From Candidatus Cloacimonadales bacterium (lineage in GTDB: Bacteria; Cloacimonadota; Cloacimonadia; Cloacimonadales; DAONDQ01), in the NCBI GenBank assembly GCA_963662275.1, contig OY759316.1, positions 672,001 through 736,000 of the forward strand: DNA of 64,000 bases, in the 5' to 3' direction. The notes under the pieces were generated by a model, which ran no database searches, had not been told where the DNA came from, and worked only from the letters and a program-made list of their open reading frames with translations. Positions 1 through 9,425 of the stretch are shown here, piece after piece (within the stretch, counting starts at the first letter, position 1; each line of letters starts with the position of its first letter). Both the position numbers and the translations under genes were made by a program.

Positions 1-119
1 GCATTTTCAATATCCCTTACCGGTTTACTCCTTAATTTTGAAAACTCAAGCAAGTAATTGAATATCTGTAAGTATTTTGCCTTGTTATCATTTCTATCAG
101 CATTATCAAACCGTTTCAT
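1..119 (-). CDS. 5' fragment of a gene running off the window (MKRFDNADRNDNKAKYLQIFNYLLEFSKLRSKPVRDIEN...), possibly the N-terminus of an AAA/SF1 helicase-domain protein
   Basis: Manual translation. ATG at 119 with AGGAG upstream; the frame is open to the window edge. The product call rests only on a weak N-terminal resemblance. Confidence 0.5.
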   Translation of the reverse strand, partial: MKRFDNADRNDNKAKYLQIFNYLLEFSKLRSKPVRDIEN

Positions 120-652
120 AAGGATCTCCTAAATGAAAGGACAACTTTGAACCAGAGGACATATATAATTCTCAATCCTTGAGAACCATTATGACTCCTT
201 TTATATAATTATATATTTATACATAAATGACTAAGCGCAAGGTTTCTAATAATGTTGAATAACTGAAATGAGAGTATATATGTCAACAGAAATTGATATT
301 GCTAATACTCTATGAATCCTTTGTCAAAAATATTATACCAATTAATATTGCTTTCTATTTTGAATTTAAAAGAATCGCGATTTATCTGTAAATTAAAGAG
401 ATATAGCTCTGGAGCAGATTCGGGTCTTTTTCTATTTTACTTTCTATCTTATTTTCATGAAAGCACAAAAAAAACTTTATAATTAGTTTGACAGGAATTG
501 GCAGTCTATTTTAACGTCTGCTTATTATTAAAAGAGCAGAAGGAAGTTGCAGCTTCCCCCTGCTTGATAAAACGAAAATGCGTGTAACATGGTCGTTTTT
601 GTATTTCAAATGGCTAAATCAAATCGTTTTGTCAAGTAGTTTGTTCCGAAGT

Positions 653-2298
653 CTCACATCCCCCCGTTTTTCAAACCAGGTATTTTTAGCTGCTGATTAT
701 CCAGCCATTTTCCTGCAAAAGGATTGAGCCTGTACCTTGTCACGGTGGCAAAACACATCTCTATCAGCATTGACAGACGATAATACACAAAGTCATATAT
801 CTGCTTCCACTGTTTATTTGAGTATTTCATAAGATTTGGGAAGGCATCTAAAAATACGCCAGCATACTTTTTCAGAGAATACAGGTAGCACATAGCTAGC
901 AGAAGCAGCTGGTTCATGTTTTTCAGACGGGTATATGATTTCAGTTGTATCTTTTCCCAACCATATTCCTGCTTGATATGGCGATGGACCTCTTCGATTT
1001 TCCAGCGTATGCGATACATCCGCAAAACCTTCTCCATGATAGCATTTTCCGTCAGATAAGGTTGTGTCGGAAAGTCGCAGATGAAATAGAAATATCCCTG
1101 TCTGCCACTAGCATCGGGACTGAACTGTGCAACAATAAGCCAGGCATCTGTAGTATCAGGGTATTTTACAGGGTAAGGATTCAAACGCAGCTTCACCCGC
1201 GTTAAACCACATTTTATCTGTTGTCCTGATTCTTGCAGATTGAATGTATGATCGAGTTTCACTGTCTTTGCCACTGCCATGAAGTTCTGTTCGCAGCCAT
1301 CCATGATAAGACTTCTTTCACCTGTTGATCTGATGATATAGCTTAGTCCATGTTCATGCAGAAAGCTGAATAGATTTCGGTTGTCAAAGCCACGGTCGAA
1401 AATAGTTACTCCACGGTTACCACTTGCAAGAATAATCCCCACTAGCCGGTCTTCCATGATCTGAGAGACGCTATCCAGTTCCATGTTTCGGGCTATCAGG
1501 TCTGAACTGATGGGTTTTATCTCATAGCCTGTACTGCCTGCCTGATAGGCAATTATATTCAGCAATGCATAGCCCTGCTGATCATGACTGCCGGTGCTGC
1601 CATCACGCACCTTCTGCAATCCCTCCATCTTTTTGGCTTTGGTTTTTACGATATCACTTTCATCAACTATGATGCCTGTCTCATCATCAAAACCCTGGCA
1701 CTGATGCCTAATTATTTCCGCTTGCAGCTTATCTCCTAAGGGCTTCTTATTCAAATGTCGGGTGAAACGTTCGCAGAGCTTTTTAACCGTGATTGGTTCA
1801 TTTAGCTGTTTCGCTATTTGGAGCATAATTACAGATTTACTTTTCAGTATCCCTAAGCAGATATCCTGTATGAACTTATACACAGGTAGAGATTGCGTTT
1901 CTCTAAAATTATTCAGAAATTGTAACAATTTTACTTGCAAGGTTTCTCTGGTTTTGATTTGCTTCTTATTAATCATGGGTGTCTCCTTCTTAGGTTTGGT
2001 TTAGTGCTTGAACAAAAGATCGGAGACACTTTTTTTGTACAGTTTTATTATGGACATTCTATATAGTTATCTTATTTTCTCACATAATTTTATAAGTTTT
2101 ATTAAAATACCTGCTTTTTGCTTTTACCGTGAAAACACAACTCTTCTGTTTACCGTAAATTACAAATTGCACTAGTTTCTGTTTAGGAGTTTTGACCAAC
2201 CAGTGATGTTAAACAGATTTTCAAAGTCGGCAAAACGTTTGACTGTTACTATAAACGCTTCTAAACTAATTGTTAAGAAAATTACGGGGGGATGCCTG
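653..2298 (-). mobile_element. IS4-like insertion sequence (1646 bp)
   Basis: Imperfect terminal inverted repeats: CTCACATCCCCCCGT at 653 and the reverse complement CAGGCATCCCCCCGT ending at 2298. Flanked by a 14-bp direct repeat GTTTGTTCCGAAGT (639-652 and 2299-2312). Encloses a DDE transposase. Confidence 0.9.
654..1976 (-). CDS. DDE transposase (IS4-like, DDE_Tnp_1)
   Basis: Motifs IIVDESD, FDRGFD and YRIRWKIEEVHRHIKQ (YREK-type signature). Confidence 0.9.
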   Translation of the reverse strand: MINKKQIKTRETLQVKLLQFLNNFRETQSLPVYKFIQDICLGILKSKSVIMLQIAKQLNEPITVKKLCERFTRHLNKKPLGDKLQAEIIRHQCQGFDDETGIIVDESDIVKTKAKKMEGLQKVRDGSTGSHDQQGYALLNIIAYQAGSTGYEIKPISSDLIARNMELDSVSQIMEDRLVGIILASGNRGVTIFDRGFDNRNLFSFLHEHGLSYIIRSTGERSLIMDGCEQNFMAVAKTVKLDHTFNLQESGQQIKCGLTRVKLRLNPYPVKYPDTTDAWLIVAQFSPDASGRQGYFYFICDFPTQPYLTENAIMEKVLRMYRIRWKIEEVHRHIKQEYGWEKIQLKSYTRLKNMNQLLLLAMCYLYSLKKYAGVFLDAFPNLMKYSNKQWKQIYDFVYYRLSMLIEMCFATVTRYRLNPFAGKWLDNQQLKIPGLKNGGM

Positions 2299-2438
2299 GT
2301 TTGTTCCGAAGTGTACTTCTGTCCTGCAAAGGATGGTGAAAGAATTATTATTTAGTGTAACCCTTTAGCAAAACGGAATACTTCTATCTTGTAATTGATA
2401 ATTCATCGCTCGAAAGAGCTTAAAAAAGGAGAAAGACC

Positions 2439-2603
2439 ATGGATAAATGGGAATTCTACAAGGATAAAAATGTTGAATGGAGATGGAAATGTACAGCTCC
2501 AAATGGCAAAGAAGTAGGTGCTTCTACTGAAGGTTATAAAAACCGTTCGGATTGTGAAGCAAATGCCAGACGTTTTGGATATCCAGGCAATCTTAAACGC
2601 TAA
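2439..2603 (+). CDS. Small YegP/DUF1508-family protein (54 aa)
   Basis: Manual translation MDKWEFYKDKNVEWRWKCTAPNGKEVGASTEGYKNRSDCEANARRFGYPGNLKR, with AGGAGA RBS. The FY-D---EWRW----NG--V--S-EGY pattern is typical of DUF1508. Too short for the ORF track. Confidence 0.85.
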   Translation: MDKWEFYKDKNVEWRWKCTAPNGKEVGASTEGYKNRSDCEANARRFGYPGNLKR

Positions 2604-2640
2604 CTTAAATGTCAGTTAAATCAACTGACATTACAAACTG

Positions 2641-2670
2641 AAAACCTCTATTGCAAAAAATAGAGGTTTT
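2641..2670 (+). terminator. Probable intrinsic terminator (bidirectional hairpin)
   Basis: AAAACCTCTATT...AATAGAGGTTTT after the DUF1508 gene. Confidence 0.6.
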
Positions 2671-2947
2671 CTATTTTACTAAAATCTTTAATGTAAATTT
2701 GTTCAATTATCGTGTCACCCCTTGCAGGGTTCAAATCGATTGCGTATTTATATGTTTCCCATAGCTCACGCTATGGGCTAGCGGAGTTGCATCCTTCCAG
2801 GATTGGCAGAAGCTTCCAGCTAACAGCGTACAGCTTACAGTTTCAGAGCAGAACTAGCTCATCCGTCACTTCGTGCCACCTTCCCTTTACAAATGGGAAG
2901 GAAAAATACCTTCAGAAGAGAAAGTCTCAAATAAAATTAAGTAAGTT

Positions 2948-3009
2948 TCATCTAGGGATCATCTAGGGATCATCTAGGGATCATCTAGACTTTCTTAGAT
3001 TTTCTTAGG
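2948..3009. repeat. 11-bp tandem repeat (TCATCTAGGGA)n, part of a dispersed element also found at ~37758-37820
   Basis: Three perfect units plus degenerate units; shared flank AATTAAGTA.GTTTCATCTAGG at both loci. Confidence 0.8.
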
Positions 3010-3195
3010 TAGATACTTTCATCGAAGCTTTTTTCTTCATTTATTATCTTCTAAGAGACTTAGTAAACCTTTATTATTGATACTATAGAAGCTACACCTG
3101 CTGCTCTGTTTTTTTTCTGTAAACTTCTGCCAGTAATCTTTCTTGACACCGATTCAACGATATGTAATATTTATTCACCTTGTTTAGGAGGAAAT

Positions 3196-4431
3196 ATGCG
3201 CAGGTTCTGGATAACGATTTTCATACTTACAATCATCAGCTTAGTTTTTTCTACCGAAACGAAACTTACAGTTAAAAGAGAGAATTCAGTTCTTCGGGCA
3301 GCCCAGGGCTCCTATGCTCAAATTATCAAGAAACTCCCGATCGGTACATCTTTGGATTTGCTTGAATCTGATGACCCCTGGCTAAAAGTACAAGCCGGAA
3401 GTTCAGAAGGTTATGTCACGACCTCTATTATTACAGCTAAACCGCAGCGGAATAACGTTTTTGCTCAAATGGCAACGCAGCAGACAGGTACAACTGTATC
3501 CCGATATGGCATGTCTGCCGGTGTGAAGGGATTCGGAGAACGGTTCACAAAGGTTTTCAAAGGTGATCCTTCCTTCCTGGATTTGGCAATGACTTATCAA
3601 TTGGATGCAAGACAATACGAGAAATTTCGTAAAGATACATACAAAAGCGTTAGCATCAGAAAAATAAGAAAGTCGAATCCTTTGCCCGATAGGATAGATG
3701 TTGATTACTATACAGACGCTGAAACCGGATTTGGACTTGGCTTAGCTTCAGCCATTGCTTCGCAGGGCTTGTATAGAAATGAGCAGGTGATGCAATATGT
3801 GAATAATGTCGGAAACTTGGTTGTCGATGCCAGTGATGTTCCCGATGTTCAATTCAGATTCTTTGTCCTGGATATTCCTGCAGCAAATTCCTATGCCTGC
3901 CCGGGAGGAATCATTTTTATTACCAAAGGCATGTTGAAATATATTCGAAGCGAGGCTGAACTCGCTTGTATCCTGGGGCATGAAATCGCTCATGTCTCAC
4001 GCTTACATGGTGTGCAGGAAATTGCCAAGAGAAAGAACCAGATTGGTTCAGAAGAGGCATTTGCAGAACTCGATAAGGAATTACCACCTGAATCGGATCC
4101 TGAATTGGCAAAAACAGAGCAGGAACTGGAAGACGAATCTTTCAATATTTTTGAATATCTCATCCAGGGACGTTTAACGAAATATGAAGAAGAAGCTGAT
4201 AAACTTGGTCTTCTCTTTACCGCCAGGGCAGGTTATGACCCTCATGCGATACTGAACCTGCTTGAGCGGTTGGTTACTAACCCTATTCCCTCAAATAATG
4301 ATCACTATACTACTGAGAATCTACGAAATAGAATCGGTTGGATCACAAAGGATTTGGAGAAACATAATTATCCTGATAATCTCCTTCGTTTTCCGGATAG
4401 ATCAAATCAATATCTTTCTTCGTTGAAGTAG
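3196..4431 (+). CDS. SH3-domain M48 family zinc metallopeptidase, secreted
   Basis: Signal peptide; SH3b-like N-terminus; NSYACPGG, HEIAH and EEEAD motifs. Confidence 0.85.
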   Translation: MRRFWITIFILTIISLVFSTETKLTVKRENSVLRAAQGSYAQIIKKLPIGTSLDLLESDDPWLKVQAGSSEGYVTTSIITAKPQRNNVFAQMATQQTGTTVSRYGMSAGVKGFGERFTKVFKGDPSFLDLAMTYQLDARQYEKFRKDTYKSVSIRKIRKSNPLPDRIDVDYYTDAETGFGLGLASAIASQGLYRNEQVMQYVNNVGNLVVDASDVPDVQFRFFVLDIPAANSYACPGGIIFITKGMLKYIRSEAELACILGHEIAHVSRLHGVQEIAKRKNQIGSEEAFAELDKELPPESDPELAKTEQELEDESFNIFEYLIQGRLTKYEEEADKLGLLFTARAGYDPHAILNLLERLVTNPIPSNNDHYTTENLRNRIGWITKDLEKHNYPDNLLRFPDRSNQYLSSLK

Positions 4432-4555
4432 TGAATAGTGGGGTGGTGTTCCCCCAGAATGCTTATAAATTAGCATTTACTTCATAACAAATTTCTGCTT
4501 CTATTGAAATCGGATTATACTTTTTATTATTAACAACGATAAAATAGGAGATAGC

Positions 4556-4900
4556 ATGAAAATCACACAATGGACATTACTCTGTGTTTTACTCTTCAGC
4601 ATTGTTTCCGCATTTGCAAACCCACCCAGCGCACTATCTGCAAATTTCGACCAGGAAAAAAGCCTGCTGACCTTCACTTTTACGCATGAATCAAAAGATC
4701 CGAACGCTCATTTTATATCTGATGTAAGTATCCGTTTGAATAAGACAGAGATTATTCACCAGACCTTAAGTAAACAAGATAAAGCAAATGGTGGAAGCCT
4801 GATCTATAAGATCATCGACGTACAACCAGGGGACAAGATCGAGATGACTCTAAAATGCAATAAGTTCGGTAAGCAGACATTTTTCCTGGATATCAAATAA
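4556..4900 (+). CDS. Hypothetical secreted protein (H-F-I...C-N motifs, Ig/desulfoferrodoxin-like fold possible)
   Basis: AGGAG RBS, signal peptide, 114 aa. Confidence 0.6.
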   Translation: MKITQWTLLCVLLFSIVSAFANPPSALSANFDQEKSLLTFTFTHESKDPNAHFISDVSIRLNKTEIIHQTLSKQDKANGGSLIYKIIDVQPGDKIEMTLKCNKFGKQTFFLDIK

Positions 4901-5169
4901 AAGCAGGTATAAAGAAGCTTCCAACTACCTGTTCATTCTGCTTCTATTTTCCGGTATTTCTCGTATAAGGATTTGAGCCAAAAGGATTGTCGTCAGAACT
5001 TGATGTATCTATTGGCATTTCAAAACAAACCCATGATGCCTTTGCCTTTGGTTTCAAGTATAATACCTGGAGTCATCAATTTACTTTGTCCGGATTGATA
5101 AAGATATTGACATTCCTACCTTCATTTGAAAAAAAAGATGTTATTGTTTAGTTCAAAATGAGGTTTTGC

Positions 5170-5598
5170 ATGGAAGATATCTCTTACAAAATAAGTGAAG
5201 TTTTCAATGAAGATGTTTTTCAGGAAATTGTAAATATCTGGCATAAGACTGGGGTGGGAAATCCTGCTCGTGGTGACAATTATGAAGTAGTGCAGCGAAC
5301 TATAGAGCAGGGTGGAAAAATACTTACATTATTGGAAAATGATACTATCATAGGTACGGTATGGCTAACTCATGACTTCCGCAGACTTTATCTTCATCAT
5401 ATGGCTATTCATCCTGACTGGCAAGGGAAAAAGCTTGCTCATTTCCTCTTGGAATCATCTTTAGATTATGCTCATAAACTAGGCTACCAGGCAAAACTGG
5501 AAGTCGATCGAAATAATCTACCCGCGAAGCATCTCTATAAAAAATACGGTTTCAAGGAACTGGGTGATTTTCTGGTTCTGATTAAAAGAGATGTTTGA
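5170..5598 (+). CDS. GNAT family N-acetyltransferase
   Basis: Acetyl-CoA motif MAIHPDWQGKKLA and N--A--LY-KYGF; start moved to the ATG after GAGG. Confidence 0.85.
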   Translation: MEDISYKISEVFNEDVFQEIVNIWHKTGVGNPARGDNYEVVQRTIEQGGKILTLLENDTIIGTVWLTHDFRRLYLHHMAIHPDWQGKKLAHFLLESSLDYAHKLGYQAKLEVDRNNLPAKHLYKKYGFKELGDFLVLIKRDV

Positions 5599-5682
5599 AG
5601 AAGGTGACAGGTTTCAGGTGCCAGGTACCAGTTTCAGAGAAGAATAGGAATTCAGTAGGATCGGCATCCTACATAAAATCAT

Positions 5683-5761
5683 GTAGGGATAGACCCATGT
5701 GTCTATCCAAGTGAATAATCATTTATTTTAGAAGAGGATAGACACATGGGTCTATCCCTAC
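5683..5761. repeat. Inverted pair of GTAG-type REP elements (REPIN-like)
   Basis: GTAGGGATAGACCCATGTGTCTATCC (5683-5708) and its exact reverse complement (5736-5761); a third identical copy lies at 62038-62063. Confidence 0.8.
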
Positions 5762-5780
5762 TGAAGCAAGGGGAAAACAA

Positions 5781-6890
5781 ATGCACATTTTTTACTCACC
5801 AGTCAAGGTTTTGTACAGTCCGGATGGGCATATAGAAGGAAAAGAGATGATTACTACCCTCGGGAAGAAAGCGCTTATTGTAACAGGAGCTTCCTCAGCA
5901 GATCGATCAGGAGCATTATCTGATATTATCTCCATCCTGGATGTATTTCAAACTCATTTTGACATTTTTGACCGTGTAACTCCTAATCCTGAATTCTTGA
6001 TGATTGACCAGGGAGCTGAGTTCTGTCGCACCAAAGCATGTGACTTTGTGATAGGTATTGGAGGCGGAAGTGTCATCGACACAGCAAAGGCAATTGCGGG
6101 AGCAGTAGCGAATGATTTGCATGGTGATGATATTTGTGATGTTTCCTTGATCCGAGGTGCCCTTCCTATCGTGGCTGTCCCAACAACCGCAGGATCAGGT
6201 TCTTGTGTTACTCAATTCAGCGTCTTAACAAACAGGTTATCAAGAAAAAAAGCTGGTTTTGGTTCAGATTATTATTTTCCTAGATTTGCCATCCTGGATC
6301 CCATGTATACATTAACTATGTCAAGTACGGTCACAAGGGATACAGCAGTTGATGCCTTAAGCCATCTCCTGGAAGGAATATATTCCAATAAGAGAAATCC
6401 TCTCCTTTATCCACTTATCTATAAAGGAATTGAACTTATCTATAATCATCTCATTCATGCCCTTCGAATGCCCGACGATCTTGAATACAGGGACGCTCTG
6501 ATGAGAGCAGCTTATTATGGAGGATTGGTCATTTCTCAAACCAGCACGACTCTCCAACATTCTATCGGGTACCCTTTAACGACAGCGTATGGTATTTCAC
6601 ATGGTTTGGCTAACGGTATCGTAATGCAAAGTGTGATGGATCTATATTATCCTGTATTACAGCATGAACTCACTGATCTTTTTGATTATCTGCAGATTTC
6701 CCGAAATCAATTTTATGAATGGTTGAAGTTATTGAATTTATCTTTTGATGCTGAAATCGCAGATGACTTCGTTATGGAAAAAATAACGGAAGTCATGAAC
6801 AGTAGAAATATGGCTAATAATCCGCTTTCTGTGAGTACTGAGGATGTTAGGAAAATCTATCATTCTCTCAGTCATACAGATCCTTACTAA
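5781..6890 (+). CDS. Iron-containing alcohol dehydrogenase family protein
   Basis: [28 protein letters not shown] and HGLAN motifs. Confidence 0.9.
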   Translation: MHIFYSPVKVLYSPDGHIEGKEMITTLGKKALIVTGASSADRSGALSDIISILDVFQTHFDIFDRVTPNPEFLMIDQGAEFCRTKACDFVIGIGGGSVIDTAKAIAGAVANDLHGDDICDVSLIRGALPIVAVPTTAGSGSCVTQFSVLTNRLSRKKAGFGSDYYFPRFAILDPMYTLTMSSTVTRDTAVDALSHLLEGIYSNKRNPLLYPLIYKGIELIYNHLIHALRMPDDLEYRDALMRAAYYGGLVISQTSTTLQHSIGYPLTTAYGISHGLANGIVMQSVMDLYYPVLQHELTDLFDYLQISRNQFYEWLKLLNLSFDAEIADDFVMEKITEVMNSRNMANNPLSVSTEDVRKIYHSLSHTDPY

Positions 6891-7360
6891 TTGTATTCTT
6901 GACCTTATCGATTACATTTTATACCATGATCGTAGGTTATGATTATTGATGTTTCTCTACTGAAGAGATGCAATACTAAATGATTTCTTCGAAAGAGATA
7001 CAATGCGGTTTGGGACGGGAAAATGGACGAAGTGCTTCCCCACTTCCCAATAGGTGTGTTTCTTTTCAGCTTTCCTAATGGGAGTGTAATTCATCCCTTA
7101 GCAGAGAATCAAACTCTCCCGGCTATATTTCGACTCCGCTCAGTAACCGCACCCTCCCTTTATCTGAAGGGAGGAATGAATACCAACTAAAAGCTTCTAT
7201 CAATAGAATAAGCAGAACATGGCAAATAATGCAACAACCACCGAAATTAATTCGACGTTCGAAACTACAAGCTAACAGCTTCTGCCATGTCCTCATTCAT
7301 TAACTTTGACAGAAATCCGCTTCCAAATAACTTGGTATCAAATAGAAATAGAAGGATTTA

Positions 7361-9220
7361 ATGAAATTTAACGAAATGCATCTACCCCCTGCCATTTTAA
7401 AAGCAGCAACCGACTTGAACTACGAAACACCCACACCTGTACAGCAGGAAGCCATTCCCTGGCTACTGGAAAATGATACCGATATGATAGCCCTTTCCCA
7501 AACTGGAACTGGTAAAACTGCTGCCTTTGGATTTCCAATATTAACTAAGACCGACAGCGATAGATTGGTTGTACAAACCCTTATCCTTTGCCCAACTCGC
7601 GAACTTTGTATGCAGATTACAAGAGATTTTGAAAGCTATGCGAAGTATCTGCCGGCTATCCGGATCTGTGCCGTATATGGCGGAGCATCCATCATTACCC
7701 AAAAAGATCAATTGCGTAGAGGTGTTCAAATTGTTGTTGGAACACCCGGACGAGTCTTTGATATGCTTCGTCAGAAAGTTCTGAAACTTGATAACGTGAA
7801 AACACTTATCCTGGATGAAGCTGATGAAATGCTAAATATGGGCTTCAAAGAAGAAATATTCAGTATTATGAGCCATACTCCTGATGAAAAGCAGACTGTT
7901 CTCTTTTCTGCTACTATGCCAAAGGATGTGATAGAATTAGCTAACACATTCATGGATAAGCCATTCCGTATCAGTGTTGGCAGTCAGGATCAAGGCGCAG
8001 ACAATATTGAACATTACTACTATAAAGTACAAGCCAAAGATAAATACAAAGCTCTCAAGCGAATCGTCGATATCAGCCCCAAGATATATGGGATTGTCTT
8101 TTGCCGGACTCGTAATGAGACACAGGAAATAGCCACAAAATTGCAAGCTGACGGTTACAATGCAGATGCACTTCATGGTGACCTATCCCAGGCACAGCGT
8201 GATTTGGTCATGAGTCGTTTTCGCAGCAAATATCTTCAGATATTAGTTGCTACGGATGTAGCTGCAAGAGGATTGGACGTGGATGATCTTACCCATATTA
8301 TCAACTATGAAGCACCGATGGAATCAGATATTTATATCCATCGTTCAGGAAGAACCGGACGTGCTGGGAAAAGCGGTGTTTCTGTCACAATCATCCATAG
8401 CAGGGAAATGAATCAACTGAAAGCGATGGAAAAAAGACTCGGCAGGGAAATCATTCTTGCTCATGTTCCCACCGGTAGAGATATTTGCGAAAAGCAACTC
8501 TATAATCTGATTGAAACGATGGAAAACATACAAGTGGATGATAAGCTAATCGATCCAATGATGGAGAATATCTATGAGAAACTTAGCACCTTAAGTCGTG
8601 AGGAGTTAATCAAGCGTTTCGTTTCAGTAGAATTCAATCGTTTCATAAACTACTATAAAGATGCCACTGATCTTGATCTGGCACCTGAATCTTTTTCTCA
8701 TAAAGACAAACAGAACATAGTTTTCTGTACTTTCAAACTGAATATCGGCTATCGTGAAAACCTTACCAAACGTGAATTGATCAAATTTATCAATCGTATG
8801 AGAATAGCACATGGTATTGAAATTGGCAATATCAGTATCGGTGCAGAGGATACAATTGTAGAGCTTGACTCGCATTATAGCCAACAACTTCTCAAAGAAA
8901 TGAATATCTCTAAGTATTATGGCACTCCTATTAAAGCGAATATTATGGATAAAAAAACAAGCAGCCCTGCAAGACAATACTCTGACAGGAAACCAAGTAA
9001 TCCAGAAAGACAATATTCGGATAAGAGATCTGATAATCCTGAACGAAAATATACTGAAAGAAAATCGGGCAAACCTGATGGACAATATTATGGAAGGAAA
9101 CCTGGCAATTCTGACAGACAATCGTCTGAAAGAAAACCAAATTCCTCTGAAAAACAAAATACAGAAAAGAAACAGAACAATCCTGATAGACCAAGAAAAA
9201 AGCCAGACCGTAATTCCTAA
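7361..9220 (+). CDS. deaD: DEAD-box RNA helicase (DeaD/CsdA-like) with DbpA-type RNA-binding domain and repetitive C-terminal tail
   Basis: Q motif, TGTGKT, PTRELC, DEAD, SAT and HRSGRTGR motifs. Confidence 0.9.
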   Translation: MKFNEMHLPPAILKAATDLNYETPTPVQQEAIPWLLENDTDMIALSQTGTGKTAAFGFPILTKTDSDRLVVQTLILCPTRELCMQITRDFESYAKYLPAIRICAVYGGASIITQKDQLRRGVQIVVGTPGRVFDMLRQKVLKLDNVKTLILDEADEMLNMGFKEEIFSIMSHTPDEKQTVLFSATMPKDVIELANTFMDKPFRISVGSQDQGADNIEHYYYKVQAKDKYKALKRIVDISPKIYGIVFCRTRNETQEIATKLQADGYNADALHGDLSQAQRDLVMSRFRSKYLQILVATDVAARGLDVDDLTHIINYEAPMESDIYIHRSGRTGRAGKSGVSVTIIHSREMNQLKAMEKRLGREIILAHVPTGRDICEKQLYNLIETMENIQVDDKLIDPMMENIYEKLSTLSREELIKRFVSVEFNRFINYYKDATDLDLAPESFSHKDKQNIVFCTFKLNIGYRENLTKRELIKFINRMRIAHGIEIGNISIGAEDTIVELDSHYSQQLLKEMNISKYYGTPIKANIMDKKTSSPARQYSDRKPSNPERQYSDKRSDNPERKYTERKSGKPDGQYYGRKPGNSDRQSSERKPNSSEKQNTEKKQNNPDRPRKKPDRNS

Positions 9221-9223
9221 TTT

Positions 9224-9258
9224 ACTGTAGAGACGCCCAACTTGGGCGTCTCTACAGT
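9224..9258. repeat. GTAG-type REP palindrome
   Basis: ACTGTAGAGACGCCCAA-C-TTGGGCGTCTCTACAGT, a perfect 17-bp stem. Confidence 0.75.
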
Positions 9259-9425
9259 TAATGCAGTATTTCGCCATTTGTAAAGACACCCATATAAACT
9301 CCTATATGAAGATTATCTATTTTATCTTGTTTATTAAACTTATTTTCATACAAACAGATAATTTATAATTTGGCTAAAGTGTGTATTATGCTATCATATT
9401 ATTAGCAAAAAATACTGGAGGTAGT

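Noticed and set aside
578..2339. 33-aa micro-ORF (MRVTWSFLYF...) interrupted by the IS
   Set aside because: Rejoining the flanks gives an open frame, but there is no clear RBS or recognisable motif
8624..9289. 221-aa antisense ORF and other shadow ORFs opposite long genes
   Set aside because: They overlap well-supported genes on the other strand and have no motifs
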